64,000 nt of DNA from a virus. The notes below the pieces were generated by a model. That model was not told the origin of the DNA, did not search any database, and saw only the letters and a program-made list of their open reading frames with translations. Location of the stretch: the IMG/VR virus record IMGVR_UViG_3300035661_000038, positions 17,956 to 81,955 of that record; one strand, 5' to 3'. Made by a program: the position numbers and the translations under genes. Positions 10,412 through 19,531 of the stretch are shown here, in pieces. Numbering within the stretch: position 1 is the first letter of the stretch; every line of letters starts with the position of its first letter.

Positions 10412-11171
10412 AGGGCGTCCGAACGATCGTCGGTTCGGTGACGGCGCCGTCGTCGGCGAGCTCGGCGGCGGTCGCCGGATTGAACGCATCACCCGGCGCC
10501 TTCACGTCGACGAGCGCGCCCATGTTGGTCTCGACGTAGTTCACCAACGCGACCTCTGTCAGCACCATCATCACCTGGATCTCGGCGATGAAACGGCGCT
10601 TGGTGTTCGAGCCGTAGTCGCGTGAAAGCGATCGTTTCTGCACCTGAAACGCGACGAGCTGGTTGTAGTAGCTCGGCATCTTGAAGCGGATGCCGAACAT
10701 GCACTCCGTCGGCGTCAGCGCCGCGACGATGCCTGCGACGAGCCCGCGCCTCATCGCGATCGTCGGCGCGACGACTTCAATCGTAAACGTCTCGCGGTAC
10801 TCGCTCATCCACTGCACGACCGTCCCCGGCCAGTAGACGTCGCGCGATTCCTCTTCGATGAAGTTGCCGAGCCCCAGCGCATCGCTCGTGCCCTCCGCGG
10901 GTACGAACGTCACCGCGGGAAGCTGCGCATCGTCCGCGTCCTCGCTGGGTTCGATCTTGATGTTCGCCGACGGCACCTGGAACGGCACCGGTGGCCCGCC
11001 CACATCGCCCGCCCGGTAGAACGTCAGCTCCGAGAGGTACAGCTTGAGCACCTTCAACGCAGCGGTGCGTCCGTCGTGCGGCTGAGGCGGCGGATCGGGG
11101 CGCGGCGGAACGACCTCGCCGAAAGGCTCGCGCCAGATCAGAGAGCGGAGGCGCTGCGAGAACGTGGGCAT
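10410..11171 (-). CDS. Putative tail terminator / neck protein
   Basis: 253 aa, LPAVTF motif, immediately upstream of the sheath. Confidence 0.5.
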   Translation of the reverse strand: MPTFSQRLRSLIWREPFGEVVPPRPDPPPQPHDGRTAALKVLKLYLSELTFYRAGDVGGPPVPFQVPSANIKIEPSEDADDAQLPAVTFVPAEGTSDALGLGNFIEEESRDVYWPGTVVQWMSEYRETFTIEVVAPTIAMRRGLVAGIVAALTPTECMFGIRFKMPSYYNQLVAFQVQKRSLSRDYGSNTKRRFIAEIQVMMVLTEVALVNYVETNMGALVDVKAPGDAFNPATAAELADDGAVTEPTIVRTP

Positions 11172-11181
11172 GACGCCCAGC

Positions 11182-11712
11182 CTACCGCCCGAGCTCGCGC
11201 GAAACCTCTTCCTGCACGAACTGCTGCACCTTGCCGAGGGCGCGCTCCATCACGCGCAACCCGCGCCCGCCGCCAAAGATGCCCCGTTTCTTCATCGACT
11301 GCGCAATCGCCCACGCCGCGCTGCGCGCCGCCGCCGCGGGATCCTCGCCCGGCTCGACTTGGACGATGCCCTTGCGCTGCGCCCACGCCGCGATCTCGTC
11401 GATCATTCGGCGCCCGATCTTGATGTTCTCCGCACGCGCGCCCCACTCGATGATGGGCGCATACGGCAGCGGGTTGTAGACGTCGGAGCTCAACGCCGTG
11501 TGCGTGACCGCCCACGCCATCCGGTAGAGCCCGCGGTCGACAGGCAGATGCGCCCCAGGCACTTCTGCCGGCGTGTTGGGGATGACCGTCGACTTGATGT
11601 GCGAGAGCAGCCGCGTCGCTGCGCTGTAGACGCCGCGCCGATACGCATTCTGGACCTGCGCACCGATCGCATTCCCAAGGTCCGGGAGCTGGCGAATGTC
11701 GAAGCTCTGCAC
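11182..11712 (-). CDS. Neck / tail-completion protein (HK97 gp10-like)
   Basis: PVDRGLYRMAW...NPLPYAPIIEWG motif. Confidence 0.6.
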   Translation of the reverse strand: MQSFDIRQLPDLGNAIGAQVQNAYRRGVYSAATRLLSHIKSTVIPNTPAEVPGAHLPVDRGLYRMAWAVTHTALSSDVYNPLPYAPIIEWGARAENIKIGRRMIDEIAAWAQRKGIVQVEPGEDPAAAARSAAWAIAQSMKKRGIFGGGRGLRVMERALGKVQQFVQEEVSRELGR

Positions 11713-11721
11713 GCCCCGAGA

Positions 11722-12312
11722 CTACTCGTTGTCCGCGTCGGGCATTTCCTCAAGCTCGTCGTACTCAGGGGTCTTCGCCGGGATGTCCGTGCGCCCGCCA
11801 AACGTGCCGACGCGCTCCAGCGCCATCACCCACTGAACGTTCTCCGCGTCCATCGCTGGCGGCGAGAGGAGCCGAAATCGCATCGGCTCGGGCGTCGCCT
11901 CATGGCGGCCGTCCTCGAAGAGCTCGTAGTAGAAGTCCCACGGCTGCGGGATCGTGTCGACGCGCCGCCCATCGGGCAGGAGCTTCCCCGAGAGCGTGCC
12001 GAAGTCGAACGACGTCGACACTTCGCGCAGCCGAATCGATCCGACCGGGTAGGCGCCCGCCGCGAATGGCCCGCGTGTGATCGCATCAAGCGACTCGCTG
12101 ACCGGCGTTGGCAGAATCTCGACGCGCGCGATCTCCTGGTCGGTGCCCTCGCCGCGCTCCTCTCCCGTCGCCCGCGTCCACACGAGGAATACCCGGTACG
12201 GGCGCGCCCCGAGATTGGTCGCGATCTGGCGTACGCGGTCCGCCACGCCACCCATCCGAGCGACGAGCGACCGCTTAGCCTCGCGCGGCGAAAGAGGGCG
12301 CGGTTTGGGCAT
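11722..12312 (-). CDS. Putative head closure protein
   Basis: Position in the head-tail block; GGAGG SD before MPKPRPL. Confidence 0.45.
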   Translation of the reverse strand: MPKPRPLSPREAKRSLVARMGGVADRVRQIATNLGARPYRVFLVWTRATGEERGEGTDQEIARVEILPTPVSESLDAITRGPFAAGAYPVGSIRLREVSTSFDFGTLSGKLLPDGRRVDTIPQPWDFYYELFEDGRHEATPEPMRFRLLSPPAMDAENVQWVMALERVGTFGGRTDIPAKTPEYDELEEMPDADNE

Positions 12313-12319
12313 CGCCGCC

Positions 12320-12631
12320 TCAGCCGTCCATGCCCGCGTCCGGCGTCGCGACCGGCGCACAGCTCTCGCCGCGAACCTTTGCCAGCGCCACACGGTGCGC
12401 CGACAACACGACGTCGAGCCACGGCACCAGCGTCGCATCGATCCCGCAGATCGCCGCGACCTCGGGCGTCGGCTTGAGCAGGTTCGCGACGATGCACGCG
12501 CTCTGCGTGCCGTCGATGACCCACTTCGCGTCCTTCTTCGCCTCCGCGCACGTCGCGCCGAAGCCACTCATCGCCACCGCGCCGCCGAGAGCGAGCGCGC
12601 GCGCGCGCATCGCAATTCCGAGCTTCATCAT
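12320..12631 (-). CDS. Small exported/lipoprotein-like protein
   Basis: Basic then hydrophobic N-terminus ending GFGATC; AGGAGG SD. Confidence 0.5.
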   Translation of the reverse strand: MMKLGIAMRARALALGGAVAMSGFGATCAEAKKDAKWVIDGTQSACIVANLLKPTPEVAAICGIDATLVPWLDVVLSAHRVALAKVRGESCAPVATPDAGMDG

Positions 12632-12637
12632 GTCCTC

Positions 12638-13072
12638 CTAGTTGCTCACGGGCACGTTGATCGACCCACCGACGCCCGACGGCCCGTCGCCGGCGATCGA
12701 TCCGCCAAAGCGGAAGTCGAAGGGGTTGGGCATCACGCCGAGCAGGTTGCCGAGCGCGCTGCGCCAGTACTTGTACCGCTGAACCAACTTCTCGAAGTGG
12801 TCGTCGCGGAGCTCGATGGATCCAACCTTCTTGGCTTCGAGGTCAGGCATCGACTCAGCGAGCGTCTCTTCGATCTCGTCGAGCCGCGCGAGGTAGTCGC
12901 GGAAGAGGCCCAGCGCCTCAGGCAGGATCTTGGGGAACGCCCCCTCGATCATGAACTGCGTCTGTGTCGCCGCCGGGATGCCCCCGTTGAAGGTCATCGC
13001 CGACGTGACGTTGAGGTAACCGAGGTGCTTGCGAGCTCGCACCTGGTCCTCGGGGCTCACATGCACGGGCAC
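12638..13072 (-). CDS. Putative head-tail adaptor
   Basis: DQVRARKHLGY and KKVGSIEL pattern; downstream of the capsid. Confidence 0.5.
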   Translation of the reverse strand: MPVHVSPEDQVRARKHLGYLNVTSAMTFNGGIPAATQTQFMIEGAFPKILPEALGLFRDYLARLDEIEETLAESMPDLEAKKVGSIELRDDHFEKLVQRYKYWRSALGNLLGVMPNPFDFRFGGSIAGDGPSGVGGSINVPVSN

Positions 13073-13104
13073 TGGTCCATCTCCTTCCGCTGACTACCGC
13101 CCAC

Positions 13105-13539
13105 TCACGCAGTCATCGTCATCGCGTCGTCCTTGGGCTCCTCACTCGCGGGCGCTGCGGGCGGTGAAGGCGGATCGATGTCTTCGAGCACGATGCCCTG
13201 CGATCGCAGGTACTCGATGTCGTACTGCGTGCTCTCGACGATCTTCCCCGCGGGCATCGCCGACTTGAAGCCGTTGAAGACGACGTGACCGCCGTTCATC
13301 ACCTGATAGCGGCGCGCCTTCGGGGCGTTGGGGCGCTCCTCACGCATCGCGCTCGCGATGACGTGGCCCTGCTGGCTCGCGGCGCGAGGGGCCTGGGCGG
13401 GGATGATGCCCGCCGAGCCGCCGCGCATCGACGGCACCGCACTCACGCCGATCGGGCGCTGGATGAATCCTTCGTTTTCTCCCCCCGCGGCGGGCGGGGG
13501 AGCCTTCTGCTGCGTGTTCTGAACCGGAGATCGGGCCAT
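13105..13539 (-). CDS. Hypothetical virion-associated protein
   Basis: GGAGG SD; follows the major capsid gene. Confidence 0.55.
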   Translation of the reverse strand: MARSPVQNTQQKAPPPAAGGENEGFIQRPIGVSAVPSMRGGSAGIIPAQAPRAASQQGHVIASAMREERPNAPKARRYQVMNGGHVVFNGFKSAMPAGKIVESTQYDIEYLRSQGIVLEDIDPPSPPAAPASEEPKDDAMTMTA

Positions 13540-13630
13540 GTAGGTTGCACCTCCGCGGCCCACGATAGCAAAGCGGCGTCGACACGCGAGGATCGACGCC
13601 GCTTTGCTCACTCCGGATCGCGCGAGAGGA

Positions 13631-15034
13631 TTACTGCGCGAACTCCACGACCAACGCGCGCTTGTAGCGCTGTGGACCGCTCGGCGCCGTGATGTCCGTC
13701 GGCATCGCGAACGCCGTCGTGATCGACCACGCGGCCGACACGTAGTGGCCCAGGCGATCGAGCGGCGCGCGCAAGTAGAGGCGCACGTGCTCGGCGGAAA
13801 CCGCGATGCCGTTCTGCACCACGTCGAACTCGCCGACCTTGCCGATCAGCCCCGCCTCGCTGACGTACTGCGACTCGTCGAAGCCCTTCTCGTAGCCCAT
13901 CCCCTGCCCGGTGATGATGATGCGGCCGATGTTGACGCCGTTGTTGTTCGTCGACTCGGCGCCGATCTCGCGCGAGTAGTACGCCTTCGTCCCGGTGGCG
14001 GTGCGCGCGCCGCAGTTGAGCGGGTTCGGCGCTTCGTTGTTCAGGTAGAACATCACGCCCGAGGTGTGGCCGATGAAGCCCGCGCTGTACGCCGCGCCCT
14101 CAGGGAGCGACTGGTTGAGGCGCTGATACACCGGGTCCGCGAACATGCCGGCGTTGCCGATCGGCGAGATGTGCGCGTGATAGTAGCCGTCGTCGTGCGG
14201 GGAGACGTTGTTTGAGCGCAGCACGGCCACCGCGTTGATGATCGTCTGGAGCTGGAGCGTGTCGGATGCGCTGATCGAGTCGACCGAGAGGCCACCCGAG
14301 GAACGAATGACCGTCGGCGCGTCGACCGAAACGATCGGCGAGCGGATCGGGGCACCACCGCCGCCGAGCGCCGCCTGGAGGTAGAGCGTCCCGGGACCGT
14401 ACGCATCGGTCGGATCGTCGGCGTTGCAGCCGATGACGTTCGCCGCGATCGGGGTGACGCCATTGTAGACGGTGACCGCGAGCGGGTTGGCCGGCGAGAC
14501 GGGCTGCGGCTTGGCCGAGACCGACGTGTTGAGAACGGTCGTGAAGCCGTTCAGCGACGCGACACGCAGCGTGGTGTCACCGGCGACGGCCGCGGAGATG
14601 AGGTTCGACTGACCCGAGAGGTAAGCCTTGAACATCGCGTTGCGCGCGACGCGGTTGACCGACTGGCCCGCCTGGAGGCCGAACGTCTTGACCTTGTTGA
14701 GGAACAGGTCCGCGTTCGACGTGACGCTCGTCGGCATGTGCACGTCGATCGCCGACGCGATGAGGTTCAGCTGCACGAGCCACTGCTCGTACGGCACCTC
14801 CTGCGGCAGCGGCTCGGCGCCGACCGCGAGCGGTTCGACGACGGGCGACATCAGCCCGGAGCGCGTCTCGTAGAGCTCCTGGCCGGTCTGCGCGTCCCAC
14901 TTCTCCCAAGGGAACTCCGCGCGATACGCGAGGTTGGGGAAGAGGCCGTCGTAGAAGTACCGCGCGAGCAGGCCCTTCTGGTTCAGATCGAGAACGGTAG
15001 GCGGGATGCCGAGGACGATGCCGGGATTGGCCAT
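13631..15034 (-). CDS. Major capsid protein (N4-gp56-like)
   Basis: 467 aa after the scaffold; LRSNNVSPHDDGYYHAHISP and RAPLDRL motifs; GGAGG SD. Confidence 0.85.
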   Translation of the reverse strand: MANPGIVLGIPPTVLDLNQKGLLARYFYDGLFPNLAYRAEFPWEKWDAQTGQELYETRSGLMSPVVEPLAVGAEPLPQEVPYEQWLVQLNLIASAIDVHMPTSVTSNADLFLNKVKTFGLQAGQSVNRVARNAMFKAYLSGQSNLISAAVAGDTTLRVASLNGFTTVLNTSVSAKPQPVSPANPLAVTVYNGVTPIAANVIGCNADDPTDAYGPGTLYLQAALGGGGAPIRSPIVSVDAPTVIRSSGGLSVDSISASDTLQLQTIINAVAVLRSNNVSPHDDGYYHAHISPIGNAGMFADPVYQRLNQSLPEGAAYSAGFIGHTSGVMFYLNNEAPNPLNCGARTATGTKAYYSREIGAESTNNNGVNIGRIIITGQGMGYEKGFDESQYVSEAGLIGKVGEFDVVQNGIAVSAEHVRLYLRAPLDRLGHYVSAAWSITTAFAMPTDITAPSGPQRYKRALVVEFAQ

Positions 15035-15254
15035 GAGGGAAACCTCCGCGTCGAGTGCTCATCACGCTGCGCCGTCGAGGCGCGCGCTGGGTGGAGCAGC
15101 GATTCGGATCCCGGTTCCCCGCCTGTTGTCCCGCCGGCGTCTGCGTGAGGGATCTGCCCGTTGCACTCGCGAGAATCGGTCGCCGCGCAGCGCAACGTCA
15201 AGCCCGAGAACACAACGAGCCCCGAGGATCTCTCCCCGGGGCTCGCTCTCACGC

Positions 15255-15276
15255 GACCAAAAGGCGCTTTTTGGTC
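15255..15276. repeat. 22-bp dispersed palindrome copy 3 (GGCGCT)
   Basis: Overlaps the TGA stop of the scaffold gene. Confidence 0.95.
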
Positions 15277-16123
15277 AGGGCAGGCCGAACGCCTTCATTT
15301 GCGCGCGCGTGTACGCCTGAGGGTGCTTCGGGTCGACGCGTGCCCAATCGATCGCACCCGTGTTGCTGCCCGGCTTGGGTGCGGGACGCTTGTCACCGCC
15401 GACGCCGTTGTTGAGGAGCGCCTTGGACGGCTTCTTCTCACCGCCGCTATCGCCACTCGCCGGCGGCGCGCTTTTGGCGAACTTCGGCTTGTCCTTCGCG
15501 AGCTGCTCGAACCATTCCGCCACGTCGGTGTCCTTGAGCTTCGCGACCTCCCGCGGCGAGAGGTTCTTGCGCAGGTGGTTGGCGAACCGCTCCATCGCGT
15601 CCTCCAACAAGTCCTCGTCGATGAACTTCGAGGCGAGAGACGAGACACGGCGCTCCTGCACCGAGATGATGTGCTTGTCCTCGGCCGCCGCCGCGCGCGC
15701 CTCCGCAGCCTCCGCGCGCGCCTTCTCGCGGGCGAGCTCCTCTTTCATCTTCTCCTCTTCGGAGAGCTTCGCTTTGCGCGCCTCTTCGGCGTCGGCTTCG
15801 AGCTTGGCGAGCTTGGCAAGCTTGCTCTTGATCTCTTCGGGATCCGTCGTGCCGAAGTGCTCCTTGAGCTGCGACTTCGAGTAGCGCGTGAGGCGCTTCT
15901 TCAACGCCGCACCCGAGATCTGGTACGGCTGCTTCTCGTCGAGCTCGTCTTCGCCGTCGACGAGCTCGCGCGGGCTCTTGGGCTCGGGGGCGGACTTTTC
16001 TTCGGGGGCGGTCTTCGCCTGCGCGGCGGACGGCTGTTGCGCCGAGGGCTTGGGGGCCTCGGGCGTAGCGGAGGTCTCGGGGGTCTTGGTCTCGTTGGTC
16101 TCGTTGGTCGCGCCGTTCGTCAT
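15275..16123 (-). CDS. Capsid scaffolding protein
   Basis: Charged coiled coil (KAKLSEEEKMKEELAREK) directly upstream of the capsid; GGAGG SD. Confidence 0.72.
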   Translation of the reverse strand: MTNGATNETNETKTPETSATPEAPKPSAQQPSAAQAKTAPEEKSAPEPKSPRELVDGEDELDEKQPYQISGAALKKRLTRYSKSQLKEHFGTTDPEEIKSKLAKLAKLEADAEEARKAKLSEEEKMKEELAREKARAEAAEARAAAAEDKHIISVQERRVSSLASKFIDEDLLEDAMERFANHLRKNLSPREVAKLKDTDVAEWFEQLAKDKPKFAKSAPPASGDSGGEKKPSKALLNNGVGGDKRPAPKPGSNTGAIDWARVDPKHPQAYTRAQMKAFGLP

Positions 16124-16220
16124 CAGGGAATCCTCCGCGGGCGCGCCAAAATGACGTTGGGCGCGAACCCGTGCGAAGAATCTCGCAGAGCTCGCGCCCA
16201 ACGTCACGCGTGGTCGCGAA

Positions 16221-16937
16221 TCAGACCGCCGGCGAGGTGCCTTCGAGCAGCCCGTCCACGTCGATCGCGCTCGCGACTGCGAACTTCACGCGCGCGCTCG
16301 TCACGGCGTCGGCTGCCGCGAAGTGAACTTCCGTCTTGGCGAGGTTGAGTGCGGAGAACGTCGACGCCGGCAGCGTGTCGGCCGGCGCCTGGATCATCAA
16401 CTTCGCCGTGAGCGCACCCGAGAGCGACTCCGACTCCATCAGGAAAAGCACGCCGCGCGCAGTGTACTGCGCCGGGATCGTCGCAACGCCCGCTGCCCCG
16501 GAAACCGGCAGCGTCAGCTCCACGACGTCGTACTTCTCGGGCTCGTAGCAGATGTCGAGCGCGGTCCACGCGTCGGCCGCGGCGAAAAGGAGATCGCCGT
16601 TCGGCGCGACGGAGCAGTGACCCGCGGCGGGCGCCGTGTTCACGGCGTTGTAGAGGCCGTGGTCGATCGTGAGCGCGCCCTTGGCACCGGCACCGGCGCG
16701 CGCGTACACGCTCTTGATCGTGTGGCACTTCGCCGACTCGGCGAGGGTGAGCGAGTTGACCGCCATCTGGAGCACGTACGGGTTGGTCGTCGCGTCGACC
16801 GACTTGTTGCGCAGGAACGTGCGCAGCGAGCGGATGACGGCGCCGAACGCGATGAGCTGGAGGCCCGTGGAGATCCACCCGAGCAGCGCCGAGTTGAGGC
16901 GCCCGAGCACGGTGTTGCTGTAGTCCTTGACCGACAT
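16221..16937 (-). CDS. Putative virion structural (head decoration) protein
   Basis: 238-aa Ala/Thr-rich ORF in the head block. Confidence 0.5.
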   Translation of the reverse strand: MSVKDYSNTVLGRLNSALLGWISTGLQLIAFGAVIRSLRTFLRNKSVDATTNPYVLQMAVNSLTLAESAKCHTIKSVYARAGAGAKGALTIDHGLYNAVNTAPAAGHCSVAPNGDLLFAAADAWTALDICYEPEKYDVVELTLPVSGAAGVATIPAQYTARGVLFLMESESLSGALTAKLMIQAPADTLPASTFSALNLAKTEVHFAAADAVTSARVKFAVASAIDVDGLLEGTSPAV

Positions 16938-17020
16938 CGCTGTAGTCCTTTCGACGGTGGTTGAGGCGCGACGTCTTCGCCGCCGTGCGGGAGACTACAC
17001 GCGTCAGCGGTGCAAATGCG

Positions 17021-17052
17021 AAAGGGGCCGGGCCGACTCGGCCCGACCCCCT
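17021..17052 (-). terminator. Intrinsic terminator
   Basis: GGGGTCGGGCC/GGCCCGGCCCC hairpin followed by TTT on the minus strand. Confidence 0.55.
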
Positions 17053-17075
17053 CGGATGTCGCGGGCGCGCCGCCC

Positions 17076-17498
17076 TCAGAGCGGTCCGCCCACGAGCCAC
17101 TCCACTGTCCCGGAGCCCTCGACTTCGAGCAGCGTCAGCCATCGCGTCGGGTCGAACTCTTGGATGATCTGCCCGCCGCCGACGGAGCTACCGACGTTGG
17201 TGACGGCCGACGTGACGCCGCCCGCAGGGTTGTTGAACGTCATCCGCACCTGCATCGGCGCGTTCGTCTTGAGGTAGAGGAACGTGCCCTGCGTCACGGT
17301 GTCGGTGGCGCCGACACCCGAGAGCGCGACGAACGCGAGCGGACTTGCGACGTTGCGCTTCTGCATCCCCGAGTCGACCAGGAGCGGCTTGAGCGATGGT
17401 GAGAGCGAGAGCGGCACTGACGACGCGCCTGCTGGAAACGCGCCGCTCGCGTCTGACGGCTGGACGTAGAGCGTGCCTGAGAGCGTCGCGTTGGGCAT
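17076..17498 (-). CDS. Putative virion structural protein
   Basis: 140-aa beta-rich ORF with TGATG coupling. Confidence 0.55.
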   Translation of the reverse strand: MPNATLSGTLYVQPSDASGAFPAGASSVPLSLSPSLKPLLVDSGMQKRNVASPLAFVALSGVGATDTVTQGTFLYLKTNAPMQVRMTFNNPAGGVTSAVTNVGSSVGGGQIIQEFDPTRWLTLLEVEGSGTVEWLVGGPL

Positions 17499-17815
17499 CA
17501 GCGGTCCCGCAAGTTCTTGAACGGCTTGGACGTCGAGGTCGGCGGCTGACCCGGCGAAGCCGTGTCCTTGAACGGCGTGCCCGCGATCTTGCTCGCCGGA
17601 TCGGGGGTGACGTGCGGCTGGCTCGCCGGGCGCGCCTGCTGCGGGCGGTTCGGGAACAGGTCCGCGGGCAGCGCGCCCGCAGGCGCGGCGGGGCTGGCGC
17701 TGGGACGACTGGCGATGAGATCCTTCGGCGGCGGCGCGCCGGCAGCAGGCTGGATCGAGACGCCGGCAGAGCCGGCCGCGTCGGCGATGAACGGGGGGTG
17801 ATTCGGCTGTGCCAT
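17498..17815 (-). CDS. Small Pro-rich protein ending KPFKNLRDR
   Basis: GAGGAG SD; low-complexity sequence. Confidence 0.55.
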   Translation of the reverse strand: MAQPNHPPFIADAAGSAGVSIQPAAGAPPPKDLIASRPSASPAAPAGALPADLFPNRPQQARPASQPHVTPDPASKIAGTPFKDTASPGQPPTSTSKPFKNLRDR

Positions 17816-17838
17816 CGTTTCGATCTCCTCTTTGGGGG

Positions 17839-18042
17839 TCACTTCATGTTGCGGAACGGCTTCGCCCCAGGTCCGCGACCGTGGTCCGGATACGAGGGAG
17901 CGAGAGGCGGCGAGACGTCGGCAATCTTCGCCGAGTCGCGCTCGGTGAGGCCGTGGTCGCGCGCGGGGAGCGTCGCGGCCTCGCCATCGGTGTGACCGGC
18001 AGGGGCCGGGGCGGGCGTGAGCTTGTACGACTTCGCGGACAT
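17839..18042 (-). CDS. Small protein ending KPFRNMK
   Basis: GGGAGG SD before MSAKSYK. Confidence 0.55.
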   Translation of the reverse strand: MSAKSYKLTPAPAPAGHTDGEAATLPARDHGLTERDSAKIADVSPPLAPSYPDHGRGPGAKPFRNMK

Positions 18043-18067
18043 CGACAGGACCTCCCAGCGAGCCCGC

Positions 18068-18089
18068 GACCAAAAGGTGCCTTTTGGTC
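18068..18089. repeat. 22-bp dispersed palindrome copy 4 (GGTGCC)
   Basis: In the 5' UTR of 17839..18042. Confidence 0.95.
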
Positions 18090-18144
18090 GTCGAGGCTGA
18101 CCCGAGAGGTAACAGCCGCACCCCACCGGAGCAACGCTACTCGC

Positions 18145-19317
18145 TCAGGAGTCGCCCCCGCCCTCGTGCGAGGGCGTCTCCACGGCCGCGTCGTTCGAGC
18201 GCTCGGCGGGACGTTCTTGGGCCTTCTGCTCGGGGCGCCGCGGCGACGGCTTGCCGAACTGTTCGATGGGCACCGTTGACCGCAGCGGGATCGGGGGCAT
18301 CGCCTTCGCCTTGTGCCCATTCTTCGACGGCGGATGCTCCGCAGCCCACCGCGCCGCCACCTCGCCAGGACTCTTCGGGTGCATCTCCGCGGGGAGCTCC
18401 CACGCAATGCGGTGCGTGACCATCGCCTCGCGATCGTTCGGGCGCGCGGGCGGATGCTGCACGAGCCCCGTCCAAGTCTCGAACGCCTCGGTGGGGCGGC
18501 GGATCTGACCGTGGACGGCGTATGAGTCAGCGGCCGTCCGATTGTCGAAGATCGCAATCAAGATCTTCACGACGTCGCCTAGCTCGTCATCCGCCTCGCG
18601 CATCGCCTCGAACGCGCCGCGGTTGAACGCGCCGGCAAGCTCGGTGCGCACGATGCGCTCGGCCCACGACCGCGGCGCACCCTGGAGGAACGGCGACCGC
18701 ACCGTGATCTCGTCACGCATCTCGGAGAACGACTTACGCGCGATGAGCCCGCGCTGAAGCGTCTTCTCGAAGACCGAGATGGTGTTGAGGCCGTAGCGCG
18801 CGAGAATCCCTTCCTTCGCCGGCACTGGTTCGACGAGCTCGCCGAGTCGTCCGACCCGCGAAGCGGGCTCACCCGAGCTCGCGAGCCGCGAGAGAATCGA
18901 CGACTGCGTGCCCTGCACCGCCGCGTCGATCATGCGCGCCTCGTTGAGCGCAAGGGGCTGGACGCCGATACCGCGGAACGCCTTGTCCGCCTCGTGGAGG
19001 TACTCGGCGGTGTTCGTCGCTGCCTGCTCGGCGGCGCTCATACCGTCAGAGAGGATCTGGTGCGCGAGCTTCTTGTTGAGGTCACGCTGGACTTGCTTCA
19101 CCTGCTCCAGCGTCGCGCGGAGTTGGGCGTGGGTGAACGTGTCGTCGCCAAGCCCGCGCCCAACCGCCTCGCGGATGCGTTTCTCCAAGTCGCGTTGCGA
19201 CTCCGCGAGCATCGCCCGGGTCGACTTGAGCCCCTTCTCCGACGAGATGCGCAACACGTCCGCGCGGTTCTTCGCGAGGACTGCGCGCGCCCTCTCAGCC
19301 GCCTTCGCATTCGCCAT
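18145..19317 (-). CDS. Minor head protein (Mu gpF / SPP1 gp7-like)
   Basis: WAERIVRTEL, DNRT, HGQ and HPPARPNDR motifs. Confidence 0.8.
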   Translation of the reverse strand: MANAKAAERARAVLAKNRADVLRISSEKGLKSTRAMLAESQRDLEKRIREAVGRGLGDDTFTHAQLRATLEQVKQVQRDLNKKLAHQILSDGMSAAEQAATNTAEYLHEADKAFRGIGVQPLALNEARMIDAAVQGTQSSILSRLASSGEPASRVGRLGELVEPVPAKEGILARYGLNTISVFEKTLQRGLIARKSFSEMRDEITVRSPFLQGAPRSWAERIVRTELAGAFNRGAFEAMREADDELGDVVKILIAIFDNRTAADSYAVHGQIRRPTEAFETWTGLVQHPPARPNDREAMVTHRIAWELPAEMHPKSPGEVAARWAAEHPPSKNGHKAKAMPPIPLRSTVPIEQFGKPSPRRPEQKAQERPAERSNDAAVETPSHEGGGDS

Positions 19318-19330
19318 CGTACCCGCGAGC

Positions 19331-19531
19331 CTACAGCGTCGATCGGTCCGCTCGGATCCACATCGCACGCTAGCTCTCCAACGGAATCACCCACACGTAG
19401 CCGTTGCAGTCGGAGAAGCGTGCCGACTTCGCGCGGTGCGACGAGATCTCGAACCCCTACCCGGAGAAAAACCGAATCCAGAACGAGCCGCGGACGATGG
19501 AGCCCTAGACCGGATCGAGATGGAATCTCAT
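19331..19531 (-). pseudogene. 66-codon coding-like frame with three in-frame TAGs
   Basis: TGATG-coupled ATG; reads MRFHLDPV*GSIVRGSFWIRFFSG*GFEISSHRAKSARFSDCNGYVWVIPLES*RAMWIRADRSTL*. Confidence 0.45.
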
